A DNA stretch of 64,000 bases from an uncultured delta proteobacterium (GCA_963804165.1 CAWDPO010000045.1:128001-192000), one strand, 5' to 3'. Shown: positions 1-11,145, numbered from the stretch's first letter. Notes: a model not told the origin generated them from the sequence alone. Program-made: numbers and translations.

Positions 1-309
1 CCGGCCGCCGAATATGCCGTATTCGAACTGCAGGGACACGACATCCACGCTATTGATATTCAAGAAATCAGCGGCGCGATGATAAGAGTCGATGTCCTTC
101 TCGGCCAGTTCAAAGCGCACTCTTGCCGGGTACGCATAGCCGGATTCGTTGTCGTTTACGGGCAGAGCGATACAAGTTGTGCCGGGGTGCTCGGCGGCGA
201 GTGCTTCACACAAATCCGTAGTGAACGTGGCAATACCGCATTGGCGCGGCAAATAATTACCGATGAAAGCAATGCGATCACTGTCTAAGTGTTTCGTATA
301 ACGGTCCAT
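1..309 (-). CDS. Glycosyltransferase family 4 protein, N-terminal part (runs off window)
   Basis: Manual translation from ATG at 309: MDRYTKHLDSDRIAFIGNYLPRQCGIATFTTDL...SLQFEYGIFGGR, a typical GT4 N-terminus; AGGAGG RBS upstream. Absent from the ORF track. Confidence 0.85.
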   Translation of the reverse strand, partial: MDRYTKHLDSDRIAFIGNYLPRQCGIATFTTDLCEALAAEHPGTTCIALPVNDNESGYAYPARVRFELAEKDIDSYHRAADFLNINSVDVVSLQFEYGIFGGR

Positions 310-350
310 AAGCTTACCTCCTTACATTGCCTCGCGTTGTTCGTTATTTT

Positions 351-469
351 CCGGGTGCAGAAACGCCAAGAGGCGGTACCCATGGGGACCGCCTCTTTAA
401 GAACCCGGTCAAGATTGGACCGAGCATGACTTTGGGATGCCAACGGTTACATCGACAGTGACTATAGCA
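351..469 (-). promoter_or_regulatory. Extended -10 promoter (TGcTATAGT) plus structured 5' leader of the GT4 gene
   Basis: TGCTATAGT on minus at 461-469; hairpins at 424-440, 406-422 and 368-397. Confidence 0.45.
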
Positions 470-725
470 GAATTTATGCGTAAAGATATGCCGCATTTAA
501 TTATTGCTTAAATCGTCATCCTTCATCGGCGCTACTCCACCGTCAACGACATTTTTGACCTCGCCGAGTCACGCGGAAAATGGTCGTATGCGACGGTCAT
601 GACAGACAGATTTACTCTGCCTGATCGTGTTCGTGGCTCTCGTCCCGTAAGGGGGTCACGTCTGCCCCGGTCGCGACGCTCGATTCCCTTGAAACTCCCG
701 GCTTTGTGGTTATTTTAAAGATACA

Positions 726-1853
726 ATGGCCAATAACGACTACTACAAGACCCTCGGCGTTGCGCGCGGCGCCTCACAGGAAGATATCCGCAAGGCTTAC
801 CGTAAACTCGCGCGCAAGTATCACCCGGATATCAATCCTGGCAATAAGGATGCTGAGAACAAGTTCAAGGAACTCTCGGTGGCCTACGATGTGCTGAGCG
901 ATGAAAAAAAGAAAAAGCTCTACGACGAATTCGGCGAGGCCGGCCTCGCTGCCGGATTTGACGCTGAAAGGGCGCGCAGCTATCAGCGCTGGCAGGAACA
1001 ATCGGCGCAGGCAGGTGGCGGTGGCGGCTTCGAATTCAACATGGACGACCTGGGCGATATGTTCGGTGGCTTGGGGGGCATGTTTCAGCGCGGACCCAAG
1101 ACGCAACGCGGACCGATGCGCGGCCAGGACATCGAGTCGAGCATGGACATCGACTTCCTTGACGCGGTGCGCGGTTTTCAAACCTCGATAGCGCTGCAGC
1201 GGTCCGTCTCCTGCGACGTCTGCCACGGCAGTGGAGCGAAACCCGGAAGCGCTCCGACCACTTGTCGAGAATGTAATGGCACGGGCACGAAATCAGTGGC
1301 GCAAGGACCGATACAGTTTCGCCAAACCTGCCCGCGATGTAACGGCAAGGGGCAATTGCCCGGCGATCCCTGCGCGGCGTGCAGGGGCAGCGGCCGGGTG
1401 GTGCGGCCGGATACCATACGCGTCAATATTCCGCCTGGGGCCGAGCCGGGAAAACGCATTCGCCTGCGCGGCAAAGGTGAGGCAGGAGTTCGCGGCGGGC
1501 CGGCAGGAGATCTTTTTATTACACCGCGCATTCAACCGCACCCGATCCTGTCGCGCTCCGGCAGGGACTTATCCATGGACCTGCCCATCACAGTAGGCGA
1601 GGCGGTCCGCGGTGCTACCGTGGAAGTGCCAACGCCGGGCGGGACAATAAACGTGAAAGTTCCGGCCGGCGCGCAGAGCGGCCAGCAGCTGCGCATCAGA
1701 GGCAAAGGTGTCGCTGCCCACGGGCAAATCCCGGCGGGTGATTTATATTTGCGGCTCATGGTGCGCGTGCCGACGGAAAAGCTCAGCCATGACGTCGTCG
1801 AAAAGATCGACCAAGCTTACGCCGAGGATATCCGCAAAGACGTCCGGCTATAG
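726..1853 (+). CDS. dnaJ: DnaJ-class molecular chaperone
   Basis: J domain with HPD, G/F-rich region, four CxxCxGxG zinc-finger repeats, C-terminal GDL motifs. Confidence 0.9.
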   Translation: MANNDYYKTLGVARGASQEDIRKAYRKLARKYHPDINPGNKDAENKFKELSVAYDVLSDEKKKKLYDEFGEAGLAAGFDAERARSYQRWQEQSAQAGGGGGFEFNMDDLGDMFGGLGGMFQRGPKTQRGPMRGQDIESSMDIDFLDAVRGFQTSIALQRSVSCDVCHGSGAKPGSAPTTCRECNGTGTKSVAQGPIQFRQTCPRCNGKGQLPGDPCAACRGSGRVVRPDTIRVNIPPGAEPGKRIRLRGKGEAGVRGGPAGDLFITPRIQPHPILSRSGRDLSMDLPITVGEAVRGATVEVPTPGGTINVKVPAGAQSGQQLRIRGKGVAAHGQIPAGDLYLRLMVRVPTEKLSHDVVEKIDQAYAEDIRKDVRL

Positions 1854-1866
1854 TGCGAGTAGAACC

Positions 1867-2160
1867 ATGCCGCGAAAATATCTGCACCTGACCGAGGTCA
1901 CGAAAATCTGTAACGTTAAGCCGGAGTTCGTCATGCGCCTGGAACGAGAGAAAGTGATCGCACCGATTCTACGGCGCAGCGAGAAACTCTATCCCTTGGA
2001 TCAAGTCGACCGCGTGCGCGTCGCCCACCTGCTCATCGATGAAATGGGAGTAAATCTGGAGGGCGCCGAAGTCGCGCTCCACATGCGCGAACAGATGATC
2101 GCCATGCAACGGCAATTCCACGAAGTCCTCCATCTGCTCCGCCGGCAAATGAAGCGATAG
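1867..2160 (+). CDS. Chaperone modulator CbpM/HspR-like MerR-type protein
   Basis: Directly after dnaJ; RVRVAHLLIDEMGVNLEGAEVAL motif; ATG at 1867 inside ORF 1708..2160. Confidence 0.8.
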   Translation: MPRKYLHLTEVTKICNVKPEFVMRLEREKVIAPILRRSEKLYPLDQVDRVRVAHLLIDEMGVNLEGAEVALHMREQMIAMQRQFHEVLHLLRRQMKR

Positions 2161-2465
2161 GTAATCGTACCGCCGGTCAGGAGCCCCAGATGAGTTTGGT
2201 CGGTGCCGAGATAAGCGCTACACGCGATTTTTTTTTGACACCGCGGCGACGAAATAGCTGCCGTCCCTTACCCGGGATGCCACCGAAGCACGCCCACCAC
2301 TCGCAGAGCGGCGGTGGTGTTTACCAAGCCGGACGCGTCAAGGTTGTGTTTTTTTTGCCGGTCGGGTTGACATACCCGCGCTTGGTTGCTTACTCTCGAC
2401 CCGAAATACCGACGATCAGCGCAAATTGCTCGCCGAGCTAGACTGCGAGCGATGAAGGTCTCTTT

Positions 2466-3762
2466 GTGAAAAGAGTATTGGCCATTATTCTGGGCGGAGG
2501 GGCCGGAAAGCGGCTCTACCCTCTTACCAAACTTCGCGCCAAGCCGGCCGTTCCCCTCGGTGCCAAATACCGCTTGATCGATATTCCCATCAGCAATTGC
2601 ATCAACTCCGAGATCCAAAGAATCTACGTTTTGACGCAATTCAACTCAGCGTCGCTCAATCGGCATATCGCGCGCACTTACCATTTGGCAGGCGCGGGCT
2701 TCACCCAAGGATTCGTCGAAGTGCTGGCGGCACAGCAAACACCGGACAGCCCGAGTTGGTTCGAAGGAACGGCCGATGCCGTGCGCAAATATCTCTGGCT
2801 GTTCGCCGAATGGGACGTTGATCAATACTTGATTCTATCCGGCGATCATTTGTATCGGATGAATTATGCGGATTTTATTCAGCGCCATCGCGAAACTAAG
2901 GCGGATATCACATTGTCCGTAGTCCCGATCGGCCGAGAGTCGGGCGACCGACTTCGGTTTGGTGAAAATCGACCGCAGCGGGCGCGTGCTCTCTTTCAGC
3001 GAAAAGCCCAAAGGCGACGCCATCGAAACGATGCGGGTGGATACGACCGTTCTCGGCCTCGGCGCGGACAAAGCCATGAACTTTCCTTACATCGCTTCCA
3101 TGGGCATCTATGTATTTGAAAAGCAGATCTTGCACGACCTGTTAAATCACGACGTGGACCAGACGGACTTCGGTAGAGAAATTCTGCCAGCGTCGTTAAG
3201 CAGTCACAACGTGCAGGCCTATCTATTCAAAGACTACTGGGAAGATATCGGAACGATCGAAGCCTTCTACAACGCTAACCTCGCGCTCACCGAGCAGCCC
3301 GATCCTTCGTTCAGCTTTTACGATGAGAAGGCGCCTATCTATACGCGATCGCGTTATCTTCCACCCACCAAGTTGCTCGATTCCAAAGTTATCGAATCGA
3401 TGGTCGGCGAGGGCTGTATCCTCAAGGAATGCACTGTCAAGCGGTCGGTCATCGGCATTCGCTCGCGCATCGAGACGGGTTGCCTGATCGATAATGCATT
3501 ATTGATGGGTTCAGACTATTACGAGTCCCCGGCGGAACGCATGAAAGCCTTGGCGAGTGGAAAGGTCCCTTTAGGCGTCGGCGCAAACACAACCATCCAA
3601 AAAGCGATCGTCGACAAAAACGCCCGTATCGGCCGCAACGTGCGAATCGTCAACAAAGATCACGTGCAAGAGGCGAGCCGGGAAAATCTCGGCTTCGTCA
3701 TTCAAAACGGCATCGTTGTCATCATAAAAAACGCCACCATTCCTGATGGCACGGTGATTTAG
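2466..3762 (+). CDS. glgC: Glucose-1-phosphate adenylyltransferase (frameshift near 2940)
   Basis: [49 protein letters not shown]; ORFs 2466..3119 and 2959..3762. Confidence 0.95.
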
Positions 3763-3840
3763 CAGGCTCGAGCAGAGGCAATCGGGGTTACCGTACGCGG
3801 GAGATGTTTAACCCTGTCAATATGTCAAGACGAAGGTGAA

Positions 3841-4999
3841 TCACGCTTCAGGCTTTTTCTTTCTCATTCCTCCTTCCACCATCTTGTACTCGAACAGGCG
3901 ACATTCTAGGGCGCCGTTAAAAAGCGGCGTACGTTTCGAGGCGGCGAGGTGGATCAGCTTGGGCAGACGCATGTCGGCGCTGAGTAGATAGACGTGCCAG
4001 CCGCTGAATTTTTTTTTCAATACGTCGCCTAGCTTGGGATAAAACTCCGCCATCGCTTGCTGCTCGCCGAGGCGGACGCCGTATGGCGGATTGGTGACGA
4101 TAATGCCTTCCTTTGCCGGCGCCGACATTTCCAGAACATTGGCACGATTGAGGCCCACGACTCGCTCCAAACCGGCTGCCACAAGATTAGCGCGGGCGGC
4201 TTTCAGCACATCGACGGAGAGATCGCTGCCGTAAATCGCCTGCGGCGTCCTGGTTCTTTGCCTGCGTCGCGCTTCGTTGTGATAGTTCGCGCCAGCGGCG
4301 CGGGTCGAAGTTTTTGAATTTCTCGAACGCGAAATGCCGCCTCGAACCTGGCGCGATATCGAGCGCCATGTGGGCTGCTTCGACCAGGATCGTGGCGCTG
4401 CCGCACATGGGATCGAGGAGAGGAATGCCGGGACTCCATCCGGCGAGACGCAGAATTCCCGCGGCGAGATTTTCCCTGAGCGGCGCTTCGCCGGTGGCAA
4501 CGCGCTGGCCGCGCTTAAACAACGGTTCGCCCGTGGTGTCGAGATAAAGCGTAAACTCGCGATCGGTCAGATGGCCTTGGATCGGAACATCCGGCTCGTG
4601 AGTGTCCACGCTGGGGCGGTGACCCGAGAGGCGACGAATTTTGTCGCACACCGCATCTTTGATTTTAAGGGTGACGAAATTGAGACTGGTGAGCGGGCAC
4701 TTGGTCGCCGAGATATCGACCCGAATCGTCCGCGACTGGATCAAACCAATCAGTCCACCGCGGCGCGAATGCGGCACGGTAAATATCGTCCTCGCTGTGG
4801 TACACGCCGTTCGCCACCTGCCATAGAACCCGGCTGGCGATGCGGCTTTCGAGATTGGCCCGGTAGCAGAGAAAAAAATCGCCGACGAACTGAACGCCGC
4901 CGCCCACCGCATGCAATATTTTCCGCGTTGAGTTGACGTAATTCATCTGCCAAGAAGCAACTCGAGGCCGCGCGGACACGTGGCAAAAAATCTTTCCAT
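3841..4999 (-). CDS. THUMP-domain class I SAM-dependent RNA methyltransferase, RlmL-like (several frameshifts)
   Basis: MERFFATCPRGLE start at 4999; APLRENLAAG, DPMCGS, TNPPYG, LFNGALEC motifs spread over three frames. Confidence 0.88.
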
Positions 5000-5034
5000 G
5001 AGAGATGCGCCCGGTGATATCGCTGCGAAATCAC

Positions 5035-5068
5035 AAAAAAAAGGGCAACCGAATCGGTTGCCCTTTTT
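5035..5068 (-). terminator. Intrinsic terminator after the RRM gene (looks bidirectional)
   Basis: AAAAAGGGCAACCG-aat-CGGTTGCCCTTTTT inverted repeat flanked by A and T runs. Confidence 0.85.
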
Positions 5069-5092
5069 GCAGTTAATTCGTTAACGAAATAA

Positions 5093-5434
5093 CTACCAGC
5101 GGTTGCGTCCGCCGCCGCCGTCGCGATTGCCCCGGCCACCACCACCGCCGCGATTTCCACCGCCACCGCCGAAGTTATCGCGCTTCGCCATTGGCTTGGC
5201 TTCGTTGACCGTCAACGTGCGCCCGTCGAGCTGCGTGCCGTTCAGGCTATCGATGGCCTTTTGGGCCTCGCTGCTCGAGCTCATCTCGACGAAGCCGAAG
5301 CCCCGCGATTGACCGGTGAATTTATCGGAAATCACGTTGGCGGATTCTACGGTCCCGTGCTCCGCGAAAATTTCCTGCAGCCGGTCGCCGGTCACCGAAT
5401 ATGGCAAACCGCCGACATATAATTTACTACCCAT
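5093..5434 (-). CDS. RNA-binding protein (RRM domain, Gly-rich tail)
   Basis: RNP2 LYVGGL, RNP1 RGFGFVEM, RGG tail; AGGAGG RBS. Confidence 0.95.
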   Translation of the reverse strand: MGSKLYVGGLPYSVTGDRLQEIFAEHGTVESANVISDKFTGQSRGFGFVEMSSSSEAQKAIDSLNGTQLDGRTLTVNEAKPMAKRDNFGGGGGNRGGGGGRGNRDGGGGRNRW

Positions 5435-5808
5435 GTTCTCCTCCTATAAGAGAATGTTAGTGTCTTTGACCCTGAGAAATTAACTGCTAATGGCGAGCCG
5501 AACATGGGGCTCTAAAATGCTCAACCACACTCTGATCGGATTTTCCTTTTAGGTATCTGTTCGCAAGGAGAGAGACTGACAAGGGCCTTCAACCTTTCTA
5601 TGTCCTCTATCAGAAGGCCGTATACTGAAGAAGATAGGATAGATAGTAACGCACTCGACAGCACGAATTGTCAACCCATCGCACTAGGACCACACTGAAA
5701 TGTTCAACCCCTGGCTCGAACACGCCGACAATAATACCGCTTGAACCCGTTCACATATAGGTAATGCGTCCCGCGGTCGACGAGTTAGCCTTATTATAAG
5801 GAGGTTCC

Positions 5809-6783
5809 ATGCGAATACGTTAGCGCCTGCCATTTTACTCTCTCTGATCCTAGTGATCGAGAATTGCGCGCCGTCCATGGATTGGCCAGGAAGGGTTCGC
5901 ATCGGCGTGCCGCTTTTTCCGACCGTTTCCTATCCAGTTTTCATCGCCCAGGAACATGGCTTTTTCGAAAAGAACGGTTTGAAAGCCGAAATTATCCGGA
6001 TCAACAGCGAGCCAACCACCTATCAGGCGCTTATCTCCGGCGACATCGATGCCACCTCCGGCGCGCCGACCGGGCTGGTGCAGTCAAACATCCAGGGCGT
6101 ACCGGTCGTTTCGCTCGGCAGCTGGGACAATTTGGTCTCGTACACGATGGTCACTCGTGAAAAAGTCGACGACCTATCGCAACTGAGAGGTAAGAAAGTC
6201 GGCATCAACCGCCTCGGCGGCAAATCGTCGCTGATTCTTCGCGTCATGCTCGAAGACGCCGGTCTCAATACTTCGAAGGATGTAACCTTGCTGCAGCTCG
6301 GCGGATCGCAGGAACGGCTGGCCGCGCTGATCCGCGGCGGCATCGACGCCGCGCCGGTGGATTTTGTCTTTGAGCCGAAAATGAAACAAATGGGTTTCCA
6401 TCTGGTTCCCGGTAAAAAAACTCTTTTCATGAACGGCCCCATCACCGTGACGGTTGCGTCATTAAAAGCGAACCGCGGCAAATGGGTGCGGTTCGTCAAA
6501 GCCTATCTGGAAGCGACGCATTCATGACAACCAACCGCGAAGGCTCGATGGACGTTTCAAAAAAATCATCCAAACCGATGAGAAAGAGACCCTGGAATAC
6601 GGTTACGAGCAAATGCGCGCCCGCGCGACCGTCGACTTGGTGCCGCCGGAGGCTGCCGTCGAAAACCTTGTGAAAATGATGACCTATGTCGATAAGCGGG
6701 CTGCAACGGTGGATCGCAGCAAGCTCGCCGACTACTCAATCTTGAGAGAATTGCAACAGACCAAGGCCGGGACGAAAAAGTAG
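5809..6783 (+). CDS. ABC-type substrate-binding protein, NMT1/THI5/SsuA-like (frameshifted)
   Basis: AGGAGG RBS before ATG 5809; IAQEHGFFEKNGL, LRGKKVGI, DVTLLQLGG; pieces in different frames, TAG at 6781-6783. Confidence 0.8.
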
Positions 6784-6790
6784 ATGAAGT

Positions 6791-6849
6791 ATGGAGTACT
6801 GGGTTTCAGAGCAACATTACTCCAACACTCCAATACTCCATCACTCCAA
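6791..6849. repeat. 8-nt periodic TGGAGT/ACTCCA inverted array
   Basis: atggagtactgg...actccaacactccaatactccatcactccaat; same family at 36970-37044. Confidence 0.75.
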
Positions 6850-6859
6850 TTTCTTAACC

Positions 6860-8376
6860 ATGAGCGAAATTTCCTTCATCGACACCACCCTGCGCGACGG
6901 CCAGCAGAGCCTGTGGGCGCTCGGAATGAGGACCGACGCGATGCTCGGCGCGGCGGCACGAGATGGATCGCATCGGTTTCGAGTCGATGGAGTTTTTCGT
7001 CTCGATCATGATCAAAAAATACGTCCGCGAGCTCAAGGAAAATCCCTGGGATTGGGTGCGCGAGGGGACCAAACGTTTTCGCCACACGCGATTGCGCAAT
7101 CACGGCGGACTGCACGGTTCCGGCGCGTTTGAAAAGTTGCCGCACGCAGCACTGAAGCTCCTCGCCGAGCGCGTCGTCTCCTACGGAGTCACGCTGACCC
7201 GGACTTCGAATTGCTGGAACGACTTTGAAGAGATGAGAGACGAAGTGCGTCGAGCTTCGCGCGATCGGCATGGAAACAGTCGTCAATCTGATCTATTCCG
7301 TGTCGCCGCGCCACACCGACGACTACTACGAGCAAAAAACCCGCGATGCGGCTGCCATCGGACCGTACCGAATTTGTTTCAAAGACGTGGGCGGCTTGTT
7401 GACGCCGGAGCGCGCGCGAACGTTGATGCCGGCGATCCTGCAGAATGCCGGCGCCGTTCCCGTTGAATATCATGCCCATTGCAACAATGGTCTGGCGACT
7501 CTCTGTTATATCGAGGCGGTGAAGCTAGGCATCACGTCGCTGCACACGGCGGTGCCGCCGCTCGCCAATGGCTCGTCGCAGCCCTCTATTTTGAATATTG
7601 CGAGAAATCTTCGCGCGCTCGGCTACGCGGTGTATGGTTAACGATGAGGCGGTGAAACCGGTTGAAGAGCATTTTACCGCCGTCGCCAAATCTCAAGGAC
7701 TCGGCTGTCGGCAAACCGTTCGCGTACGACGAATCGCAATATCTGCATCAAGTTCCCGGCGGCGTGATCTCCAATCTGCGTCATCAGCTCGCCTGGTCGG
7801 CAAGGAAGACAAGATTGCCGAAACACTGGAAGAAGCGGCGCGCGTGCGCGCGGACTTCGGTTATCCGATCATGGTCACGCCGCTGTCACAATTTGTCGTG
7901 AGCCAAGCGGCGATCAACGTCATCGTCGGCGCCCGCTACAAAGAAGTCACCGATCAAGTCATTCAATACGCGCTGGGAATATGGGGCAAGGAAGCCACTG
8001 AAATCATGGACGCAAACGTCAAGGACAAGATCTTGAGCCGCGCTCGCGCCAAAGATTGGCAAGCCTGGCAACCGTCGGATTTGAGCTTGCACCAGGTGCG
8101 GCAAAAATTCGGCGCGACTATTTCAGACGAAGAACTCCTGCTGCGCGTCTACGCCGGCCCCGACGCCGTCGACGCGCTGACGGCCGCTGGCGCGCCGAAG
8201 CCGCAGCTCGAACGGCAAACAGCTCGCTGTTGCAGCTGATCGAACAACTCAGCAAGAAGAAAGATTGCGATCACATCTACATCCGCAGAGACGGCGTCTC
8301 GCTGACGTTGGGGAAGATCAGCGAACTCCGCAAACCTGGTGTAACGAGATCAATCCGACGGTGCGGGCGCGTTTGA
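6860..8376 (+). CDS. Pyruvate/oxaloacetate carboxyltransferase-like protein (multiple frameshifts, 3' end uncertain)
   Basis: DTTLRDGQQSL, FKDVGG, HAHCNNG, HQVPGG, YPIMVTPLSQ motifs across several ORF pieces. Confidence 0.8.
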
Positions 8377-8415
8377 AACCCGCCCCTACTTTGCGACCTT
8401 TGCGTTCTTTGCGGT
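8361..8415. repeat. Degenerate GTAG-type REP followed by 9-nt CTTTGCG tandem repeat
   Basis: gcgggcgcgtttgaaacccgcccctac (cf. 59430-59458), then ctttgcgac-ctttgcgtt-ctttgcggt. Confidence 0.65.
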
Positions 8416-8440
8416 CAATGAATTTTCCTAAGGAGCTATC

Positions 8441-9881
8441 ATGAACTATGACGGCTTGCGGGATTGGCTGGCGATAATCGACCAGCGCGGCGAACTCACG
8501 ACGCTCGAAAATATCGATTGGAATTTGGAAATGGGCGCCATCGTCGACGTGCTCTACCGCGAGCATCCGCCCTATCCGCCGGCGCTGATCTTCGACAGGA
8601 TCAAAGGTCACCAGCCAGGCTACCGCGCTCTGTTCGGTCATTTCGCCTCGCCCGCAGCGCATCGCGCTGACGCTCGGCGTCGAAGAAGAATTCGATCACG
8701 TGCTGGAATTCACCCGGATCTATCACGAGAAGATCAAGCAATGCGTGCCGGTGCGCGAGAACCGAAGTGAAAACCGGCGCCGCGCATGAAAACGCCGCAG
8801 GAAGGAGAGCACGTCAATCTTTTGGATTTCCCGGCGCCGCTGCTGCACGAAAAAGACGGTGGACGCTACCTCGGCACCGGCCACCTGGTCATTACCAAAG
8901 ATCCCGATTCCGATTGGGTCAACGTCGGCACCTACCGCATCATGTCGCAGGATCAGCAACACCGCCGGAATCTATATCGGTCCGGGCAAGCACGCCTACA
9001 TTCATAAACAAAAATATTTCGAGAAAAATCAACCGATGCCGGTCAACATCGTGCTCGGCAGCGATCCGCTGATTTGGTTTGCCGCGTCTTGTCCCGTGCC
9101 TGCGGGTATCAGCGAATTCGACTTCGCCGGCGGCCTCCGAGGGAAACCCATCGACGTGATTCGCAGTGACATCACCGGCTTGCCGTATCCGGCGGATGCT
9201 GAAATTGTTCTCGAGGGGGAAATCCGACCTGGTGAGTTGAAGGAAGAAGGTCCGTTCGGCGAGTGGCCTGGCTATTACGCCAGCCCGAAAAGCCTCGAGC
9301 CATTCATCCGCGTGAAGCGTATTCTTCATCGCAACGATCCGATTGTCTCCTGCGCCAACCCGGCGCGGCCGCCGCACACGTTGACGTTGCTGCGCTCGAT
9401 CACGCGCTCTGCCCATGTCTGGGAAGAGTTGGAGAAAGCCGGCGTGCCGGAGATCCGCGGCGTCTGGTCGCACGAGCCGGGGCCGCGGCAGTTCACGGTC
9501 GTCGCCATCAAGCAACGCTACCCCGGTCACGTCAAGCAAGCCGGTGTAATCGCCTCGCAGTGCTTCTCAGGCGGCTATCAGAATCGCTTCACCATCGTCG
9601 TCGACGACGACATCGATCCGACGCGCATCGACGACGTCGTCTGGGCGCTTTCGACGCGCTGCGACCCGGCAACCGGCATCGACATCCAGCGCCGTTGCTG
9701 GTCGAGCTCCCTCGACCCGATGATTCATCCAGAATCAAAGGTGCTGCTGAATTCACGCGCCGTGATCGAGGCGTGTCGACCGTACGAGTGGATGAGCAAA
9801 TTTCCGGAAGTCGCCGAGACGAGCCCGGATCTCAGAAAACAAGTGTTAGGCAAATACGGTCGCGAATTCTTCGGCACTTGA
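8441..9881 (+). CDS. UbiD-family (prFMN-dependent) decarboxylase (frameshifted)
   Basis: HEKDGGRY, NVGTYR, AEIVLEG, EGPFGEWPGYY, IVVDDDID, WALSTRCDP. Confidence 0.9.
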
Positions 9882-10078
9882 ATAGATTTTTCCGACCATC
9901 GATTCTGAAGATTTCCCGTTAACAAGCAAAATCTTCGATTTCGGCTGCCGCACGAATTTTACGGCTGCCGCGTAGGAATTTCTCTTCTTCCCCACAAGGG
10001 TAGATGCGGAAATCCCGTCATTTCAGCTACTTTCTGTTGGCTCGGGGATTGCTCATTTAACTGCCTGAAGGGGAAAAA

Positions 10079-10357
10079 ATGAAATTCTGCTTTTTTATAT
10101 TCGCCGTCGCCTTTATCTTCAGGGCAACCCCCGGTTCTGCTTTCGAATTGAAGAATTCGGAACCGGATCATCGCCGGTTACGCATTGAACTCGAAGCAGT
10201 TCCAATTCCGCCGCAGCAAGGTTTCGAGGAATATGTTCAGGAACAGGCCACTGCCGCGCAACGAGATGCGAAAGATGCGGGCTCGAAACCTAACGAGCAG
10301 CTCGCGAAAAATAAACAACCCAAGCCGCTCAATCCGATGACGCTCTTTCGCTGGTAA
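10079..10357 (+). CDS. Small hypothetical protein with signal-peptide-like N-terminus
   Basis: GGGG RBS-like run; hydrophobic start MKFCFFIFAVAFIF. Confidence 0.5.
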   Translation: MKFCFFIFAVAFIFRATPGSAFELKNSEPDHRRLRIELEAVPIPPQQGFEEYVQEQATAAQRDAKDAGSKPNEQLAKNKQPKPLNPMTLFRW

Positions 10358-10407
10358 GACAAATCGCGCGCGCACTGCGCTGGGATTTTGACCTAACCGA
10401 CGATCGC

Positions 10408-10986
10408 TTAAGTCTGAATCCGAAAAATCGTACCATTTAGCGAAAGTCGTGCAAGCGTGCTTTGCCGCGGATTGGACTTCGGCAGCCGTCGCCATGTCAC
10501 TTCGACCGCTCCCGAGGTAAAGTGTGTGTCCGTCGCGCTGTTGCCATCAACTCGACAGTCCTTGCACTCCACGCGAATTTCAAAGGGATAGCCATACACT
10601 GGAAGGACTCGCGTCGGCGGATAAAGCATTTCGCGAAAGTGCCACGCGTAGAGATCGTTCGGCCGCGGCCCGTGCCCACATAAACAGCTATACAAGAAAT
10701 TCGGATAGTCGCCGAGCCGGCGGTCGATGACGGCTATATCCCAACCGTATCGGCGTGCCTGGGCGTCAACGGATGGGCGAATCTTCAGCCTCAAGTGCGG
10801 ACCTAAGGATTCGGATATCTCGGGTCGCGAATCGGTCACTGCGAACTGGATGGATGAATTTTGTTCCAGTGACGCCGCGCTCCCCGCCACGATTTCAAAC
10901 ATCAGCGAAAGCCCGGTCACGAAACCGGCGATTAATTTCAAGTTGGGCGATTCCTTGGTTATGCAGGCCACAATCACTTCCATCAT
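10408..10986 (-). CDS. Hypothetical, probably exported protein
   Basis: 192-aa ORF with hydrophobic segment then soluble region containing CLC and CKDC. Confidence 0.55.
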   Translation of the reverse strand: MMEVIVACITKESPNLKLIAGFVTGLSLMFEIVAGSAASLEQNSSIQFAVTDSRPEISESLGPHLRLKIRPSVDAQARRYGWDIAVIDRRLGDYPNFLYSCLCGHGPRPNDLYAWHFREMLYPPTRVLPVYGYPFEIRVECKDCRVDGNSATDTHFTSGAVEVTWRRLPKSNPRQSTLARLSLNGTIFRIQT

Positions 10987-11081
10987 CGCGGGACTGATTA
11001 TCGCGCTTCTCGTAGCACACGATCAATTTTCCGGTCAACGTTGAGTGGCTTTGACGCTTTAAACTATCGACTTGATTAGCG

Positions 11082-11111
11082 TTGACAGCCACGAAGCGCC
11101 CTTGTTATAGC
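11082..11111 (+). promoter_or_regulatory. Sigma70-type promoter
   Basis: TTGACA-18 nt-TATAGC with TG extension, 35 nt before ATG 11146. Confidence 0.55.
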
Positions 11112-11145
11112 CGTTTGAGACGCGGACGTGAAAGGAAATTAAATC

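Noticed and set aside
79-288. 69-aa plus-strand ORF
   Set aside because: Antisense to the clearly recognisable GT4 gene
2230-2400. CACCAC/GTGGTG hairpin region upstream of glgC as an ncRNA
   Set aside because: One short stem only; no tRNA or known RNA features visible
5853-8239. Other TGA-ending ORF fragments as selenocysteine read-through
   Set aside because: Downstream homology continues in a different frame, so these are indels rather than in-frame UGA
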